A stretch of DNA of 45,338 bases from the NCBI GenBank assembly GCA_002811645.1, contig PDIP01000076.1:1-45338 (forward strand). Direction: 5' to 3'. The position numbers and the translations under genes are program-made. Source of the DNA: Corallochytrium limacisporum Hawaii (Eukaryota; Protista; Pluriformea). The notes under the pieces are model-generated. The model was given only the letters and a program-made list of their open reading frames with translations. It had not been told where the DNA came from and searched no databases. Below, in pieces: positions 39,583 to 45,338 of the stretch (position 1 is its first letter; each line of letters starts with the position of its first letter).

Positions 39583-39903
39583 CTGTAGAATATAAATGTC
39601 AGGGAGCAATGCATGCTTTAGTCAGCATCCCAATGATTGCACTCTTAACGAGTCCAAACTTGATATAGCAACCCGATTCCCTACCATTGTATCATTTTTC
39701 GTAAAATTGGTGTGGCGGCTCAATGCCTGCCAGCATTTCCTCCTTGCCCTGTGGCTTCACCATTTCAGACCATGACACGCCGCCGCTCCTTGGGGGCCCG
39801 CAAGCACCGCCGCCTTGCCCCGTGGGGGCCCTTCCAGCTCTGCAAGAAGCACTCTCCGCTCGGAAGAAAACGCATACTGTCCTTCCGTACCCCACCCACG
39901 TAC
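39583..39903 (-). other. Putative 5'-UTR intron of the AP180/PICALM gene
   Basis: On the minus strand: donor AAG|GTACGT at 39903, branch-like CTGAC at 39602-39598, acceptor TTCTACAG ending at 39583, about 87 nt before the ATG. The donor choice is uncertain. Confidence 0.4.
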
Positions 39904-40148
39904 CTTTAAAATCTCCAGCCGATGTGTGTCCGGACCCGCCCATTTCGCATACAACGGCGGTGTGGGAGTACGTTGATGCTGGTGGTGTGGAATGTTTCTC
40001 ATTGGGTCGTGTGTATTTTGGATGACTTATATTTTTTACTGGACGAACAGACCACATAGCGAAGTGCGACATGAGGAGTGGTTCATGTTTTTCTTATATT
40101 ATTGGACTATGGTGCGGTAATTGTTCACTTCACAGAGGGGAGCAAAGG

Positions 40149-40181
40149 GTGTGTGTGTGCGTGTGTGTGTGTGTGTGTGTG
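40149..40181. repeat. (GT)n microsatellite
   Basis: Directly visible, with one GC interruption. Confidence 0.92.
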
Positions 40182-40521
40182 GTGCATTTCTCGATACTCA
40201 AGAGCCTCCTTCAGTTCTAACACCATCCCGATTTGGGGCCCCGACCAACTGATACGCGGCGGCTAGAAGAACGACACCCTTAGTTGCTTGCAAGATTCCC
40301 TAATCAATCAATAGAGGCCCCTTCGGGGCCGCTGGATTTCACCTGTCTAGGGAAGCAAAGCCTGGCGAGGCAATTTGAACCAATGGTTGGTGGTGCTCTC
40401 TGGCGCATCGGGAAAACTCCCCTCCCAGTCTAATTTTGTTCTAATTACACTGCTACTTTGATATCCTGTGCCCAAATTTGCACATAACATTCTCCCTCCC
40501 ACCTCCTCCTTCTCCTTTGTT

Positions 40522-40551
40522 CCCCCCCCCCCCCCCCGGGGGGGGGGTTTG
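40522..40551. repeat. C16-G10-TTTG homopolymer palindrome
   Basis: Same C-run/G-run/TTTG architecture as 35670-35697. Confidence 0.85.
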
Positions 40552-41072
40552 TAATGGCTTTGCTCTGCCGCTAGGGGTACCCCTCCTTCTCCGGTCATTG
40601 TTTTCCCTCTGTATGCTGGCTAACTCGGGGGTCTATTTCTTACATTGTTATCCGGGTATGGGGAAGGGCGCCCGGTGTGGTTGGACTTTGCAATGAAGAA
40701 GGGAACCCTCATCAACACGATTTACGGCTTGGAGCCAGACGTTCACGGTTTTCCCGCTCTCTTGCCTTCCACACCGCTGCTCAAGTCCCCAACTTTGTAA
40801 ACTAAAAACTCCCCTTGCCCCCCCCCTTTTTTTGGCTCAGGGCCTAGGTGGTCAGGTTCTCATTAGGGCCCCGGTGAGCATGGCTCCCAGGGAACTCGGG
40901 TTGGTTGGTCGACATCACGATAGGTAGACACAGACTTCCTCGCGAATTTGCCTGTGAAGAGGGGTGATCCAGACATGATAGAGTCCAAGAAACAGTTATT
41001 TTTTAATCATTTTTGACATCAATTGTGAAGTATTCGGCGAAGACAGTTTGCATCCAACGCATGCATTCTGTT

Positions 41073-42227
41073 CTAAGCCAAGAAAACCATGGCGAGCATA
41101 CCGGTGACCAGGGCGCCAAAGGATGGCAGGGTGGATGGGGCGCTGTTGCCGTCCTCGTTACCATCTGCGGTTCCTGATCCGTCAGGGAGACTGGTCGTGG
41201 AGCCCAAGTTGGTAGTGGAAGTAGTAGTGGTTGAGGAGCTGCCGCCGTTGTTGCCGCCGTTCCCGACTGTAGTGCGCATGCTAGATTCTGTACCTTCCTG
41301 GATGCCCCAGTAACCACCTGCACCGAACGTGATGTCAACATCATCATCGCGACGAATCCTTTCGGTTTTCTTCTTAGTCTTGGCCTCGCGACGCTTGCGG
41401 TCATCAAAGTGGTCATCAAATTCGAAGTCCAGCAACTCATCAAGAAGCTCGTCATCGTCGAAAATGTCCTCAATGAAGTCGTCATCATCGCATACGTAAT
41501 CCTTGCAGTCTTTGTCGTCACAAGGATCAGTAAGATCATCATCAATGTCATCGTCATCAATATCGTCAAAGCAATCGTCTGCAATTTCCAGGGCGTCTTC
41601 GAGATTTGTGAAGAGTTTTTCGATCAGCTCCAGCATGGGAACGCAAGCGGTCTGAAGACTACTGCATGTTTCCAGATTGTAATGGATCCGGATATCATCA
41701 TCATCATCGTCGTCGTCGTCAAACGAAACCGATTTGTCCCAGTCAGCACGCGTGGCCAGGCAAATATTGCCGACATAGAATGCGAAGACCTGCGTGTAGC
41801 AGGTCTCCACGGCACTCATCAATTTGAGGTTCTCGCTCAGTGCAATGTTGGTCTTCTCAACGGCTTCTTCACCATCACTACAGTCCCGGGAAGCAAAACG
41901 GCGCAGCAACTCATCACCCACTTGCTGAACCTCATCAACAGTGCCTTCAACGCGGCTGATTTTTCCGCGCACAGCGTTAAGGTTTCTGTTGATTTTGCTC
42001 GCAATGGCGTCGTACGTGTCTTGCCTTACGCACGCTAGGTCGATGGTTGGGCATAGGTCCGTGCTCACAGTTACAGCACTGTCAAGGCTGTCAAAATCAT
42101 CAAGAACTTCATCAAGATCATCCCATTCAAGGTCATCCGGGAAGTTATCGTCTTCCAGCAAAGGATTGGGACAGTCAGCGGCCGCCAATGCGACCAAAGC
42201 AGCGGTGGTAAAGACGGTGTACTTCAT
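41073..42227 (-). CDS. Secreted, predicted GPI-anchored Asp-rich protein with 12 Cys, function unknown
   Basis: Signal peptide MKYTVFTTAALVALAAA, 12 Cys, poly-Asp tracts, Ser/Thr/Gly stalk, small-residue omega region (GNSA) and a hydrophobic C-terminus without a cytosolic tail. TATA-like TATTTAAA about 100 nt upstream. Confidence 0.88.
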   Translation of the reverse strand: MKYTVFTTAALVALAAADCPNPLLEDDNFPDDLEWDDLDEVLDDFDSLDSAVTVSTDLCPTIDLACVRQDTYDAIASKINRNLNAVRGKISRVEGTVDEVQQVGDELLRRFASRDCSDGEEAVEKTNIALSENLKLMSAVETCYTQVFAFYVGNICLATRADWDKSVSFDDDDDDDDDIRIHYNLETCSSLQTACVPMLELIEKLFTNLEDALEIADDCFDDIDDDDIDDDLTDPCDDKDCKDYVCDDDDFIEDIFDDDELLDELLDFEFDDHFDDRKRREAKTKKKTERIRRDDDVDITFGAGGYWGIQEGTESSMRTTVGNGGNNGGSSSTTTTSTTNLGSTTSLPDGSGTADGNEDGNSAPSTLPSFGALVTGMLAMVFLA

Positions 42228-44289
42228 TTTGCTGAGTCAGATAATCTACATCAAATAGTACTCTTTTCAATTACTACCAGATCTGTGATCCCAAGGTAAG
42301 TTATTCCCTCTACCGAAATCTCTTTAAATACCTCACTGGATCCCTGATCCACCGTCTAAGTGTTCAGTAGTCTACAGGTGCAGCAGTCATCGGGGTCAGT
42401 AAGGGGGGTATTTGTCCAAGACCATCATCTATATTCGCTTCCCGCCGATCCATTGACCAATCTACTACACTGTATCAGTACGCACCTTTATGTTCAATAC
42501 AACGTCGTCGCCGTTGTGCTCTATCTTCGTTTGATCATCTGGATCAATCCTACTGCTGTTGTAATTATAGCAATCAGTTTGTGTTGGTATACACTATCTG
42601 ATCCCTCCGCCGGGGTCCCCCACCGGGGTGACTTAGGGCAACCCACCCCCGGCGTGCGCAACCGTCTGTTTCTACTTTATATCCAATATACTCTCAATTC
42701 GGCCTGACTTAGGTGCCCATCCCCTTACCCATTTACCCAAGCCGACTCTCCCAAAATAGGACAAAGCGGCACCATCTACCCGCAGTCTTGCAGTTGCGGA
42801 ATTAAAAGAGTGTTTGCGGGTAGTCATTGTATTAACAGATTTCCTTCCCGAATGGGCCCACAGAGACTTGGTACCTCCGTGTTGACCTGTGCACAGCAGA
42901 TGTCATTTACTGATAAGATGCATCCAAATCTCTTCCCTCTTCTTTACTTGCTTCTTCCGACTGCTACGTATACGTCAACTTTATAAATCATATCTGGAGG
43001 CGCAAACAACGTAGTGTGCGGCGACTTAGCTTATCTCCAGTTGGACAAAAGTATCAAATTTTGTTTTCCCTCAGAAGGAAGTGATGGCACGCTAGGTCGT
43101 AGGGTAGTTTGCTTACCACAAACTGAAGCCAAGAACCAAACTCTCAATGCATTTGAACTGAAAATCTCTTTTCATCGACGGTACGCGAATGTGAATATGT
43201 ATGCCTTGGGGGTGCATGCGCACCACAGAATGACCATGACACCGTAGCACTCTAATTGATATGGAGAACTTGATCTGTTGTGAAGTAGGTAGCAAGCGGC
43301 GTGCTATTGTGATTTAAGAAGGCTTGGGGATATCTTGGACACGTTCCGCTTGTCCCCACGGTCCGTTGCTCTGTTCAAAGGAGTTGAGTTTGTCTGGGGA
43401 TACCTCAACACGTTGTACCAAGCCAAGTCCAAATTTTTTCCACAGTTCAAAATTTTTGCAAGATACCGACTTCTTCATACGGATAATGAGGGCTACGCGG
43501 TTTTATTTCACTTGCTTTGAGCGATATCAATGGTTAGCCAAATTTTCTTCAACTGACGTTGGCCCTGTTAACATAGTAGAAGGTCATGGTACCGTCAAAC
43601 TGTTGTGAGCCAAGTCAGTATCTGTGCTATAGAATTCAGGCTTTTCATTTTCAATATACCGAAACGAGGGACAGTTTCTTACCTTCGACAAACCCCCTCC
43701 GTGTAATGTTCACAACCAAATTGTATAGTAAGGCGGACACATGAAGTGGTATAATAGCTAATGCGGACGCCTTGCGCAGTCCTTGCATCGGCTTCTTCAG
43801 TTGGGAACACAATCCCGCACTCCCCCGCCTTGAAACAACCGAGTCTAGCGAGTGTCCACAGGCCCCTTCCTTATCTTCGCGAAAATCTTTTCTTCCCCAG
43901 ATAGCAATATGAGTGCGTGGTTTGTATGTATGTATCTGTGTGAATGTATGAGTGTACGTGTGACAGAAAAAGAGCCCGCACTCAGTGGGGGAGAAGACGT
44001 CGAAATGGACGCTGCTGCTACCCTCCGCTGCCTGTTATTATATCCGTAGGTGCTTCGTGTCCCCGAGTAGAACCATGAAAAGTCATCTCCCGTTCTGGAT
44101 GAAGGAAACTGGACAATCCTGGGGTCACTTTGCTCATGCTTCATGAGCTTAGTGAAAGAACAGTACAGTAAGGAGGTAGGTGTCAACTAAGGCCGGATAT
44201 CCCACTAAGTGGCATGGCTTGTTCGGAATGGGACCTTGGAACATGATTACTCCGAAGCGTGAAACAAAATTGAGGAGACTACTGTGATT

Positions 44290-44940
44290 TGAAAGTGTAC
44301 AAATGCCTGCCTGTGGCTGCAATTCAAGGTCTTGTTCACAAGCTCCTGCCGGACGATAGTATGCACTGCATGATTTGGCTGCATGAGTCGCGATGGTCAC
44401 CCACAAACCATTAGGGTTCCCTTTAGCGGGGGCGCACCAGCCTTCTGCGCACTCAAGTCCAAGCAATACGGCTCGCCGTTGGCCCTGGCGCCGGACGGCT
44501 TGCAAATCTCCTTGACGCACCTGCCCTTACAGCAGGGAGATCCATGTTTGCATTAGCGGTGATGTGTGCGCCGTTCCAGCCAGGGAGTACGGTTTGCGTC
44601 TGCTGGTTTCGTCGTTGTAGCAACCGTGGATGCACAGCAGTAAGTACTGATCTTGCGGCAAATCTTAGGGCAAAGGAGCATTGCGATCAACCATTATAAT
44701 TCCTTACCGTTGGTACACGTTGTCCTCTTGCTTAGTGTACCCCCTGTGAACAACAGATTACCAGGCCCCACACCTGCAAAACGTAGTCCGCATCATCGAC
44801 ATTTTCCAGTCCGAATCCTAACTTCGACATCGTTCTCAACGTATGATAAGTCCAAAATATGGGAACCTCCAATAGAATCAACGAGCTCTGGAAACATGCA
44901 CTGAACTTCTCCAAATATACCACAGAAGCATGTCACCATC
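44290..44940 (-). pseudogene. Possible decayed Cys-rich extracellular protein gene
   Basis: Cys-patterned peptides in different minus-strand frames (TCFCGIFGEVQCMFPE; CKHGSPCCKGRCVKEICKPSGARANGEP; GLECAEGWCAP; KSCSAYYRPAGACEQDLE) are separated by stops and frameshifts. Confidence 0.25.
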
Positions 44941-45338
44941 CCGTCTGGAATAAATCACATTTTGGCTGGGTCCGGCAAAGCGCTACCCATCCTTGTCATC
45001 GAGGTTGCACGGCGTTAGAACAGCTGGAAGTAAACCAAGGGAACTGTTTCAGTTCCTGACCGCACTCCCTCTCCCGCCCGGATTCACCTGTGCCAAGGGA
45101 GCGGAGACCCGACTCTATCAACGATCGCGCGACCTCACGTTCACCGCCTACATTTCGCAGGGCACAAAAGTTTCTGCACCAAGAAAAAAAAAATTTGTGT
45201 CGAAAACCTCTCGTACCACTGACTGGCCAGGTCTCCACGTCTTTTTTTACTATCCTCTGAGTTGAATGTATACTCCGTATCCAACCAAAATTTTCGTTCG
45301 AAAATATATACCGGATCGTGATTTATATGATTATTTAT

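Noticed and set aside
43110-43680. Protein-like minus-strand frame with several stops
   Set aside because: No recognisable family; cannot be distinguished from random sequence by eye.
1-45338. tRNA, rRNA, CRISPR arrays, transposase or reverse transcriptase genes
   Set aside because: No cloverleaf with a T-loop consensus, rRNA signature, spaced repeat array or mobile-element motif was seen.

Overview
This is gene-dense eukaryotic nuclear DNA, not prokaryotic. It carries 11 convincing protein genes, all apparently without introns in their coding sequence: SURF4/Erv29, an INPP5E-type inositol 5-phosphatase, 5-aminolevulinate synthase (ALAS), Pol III subunit RPC11, ferroportin, a TPP1/Est3-type telomere OB-fold protein, CEP104, a large Cys-repeat 7TM receptor, POLD2, an AP180/PICALM ANTH adaptor, and an Asp-rich predicted GPI-anchored surface protein. 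The proteins look animal-like/opisthokont. Together with intron-free CDSs and two ciliary genes, this suggests an intron-poor unicellular holozoan (Corallochytrium-like; an inference, not verified). The first 1.5 kb is microsatellite and homopolymer rich, and three gene-free tracts remain (about 5.8-10.6, 29.0-36.0 and 42.2-45.3 kb). Top leads: (1) an adhesion-GPCR-like 7TM protein with 20 six-Cys repeats, no visible GAIN/GPS motif and a ~290-aa second intracellular loop with Tyr motifs; (2) a speculative same-strand cluster of degenerate U6-, U4-, U2- and U5-like segments at 31.2-32.8 kb, where the U6-like and U4-like parts are complementary to each other; (3) RPC11 and ferroportin only 66 nt apart in tandem, next to ALAS; (4) poly(C)-poly(G) palindromes upstream of several genes. 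All family assignments come from motifs recalled from memory; no searches were run.
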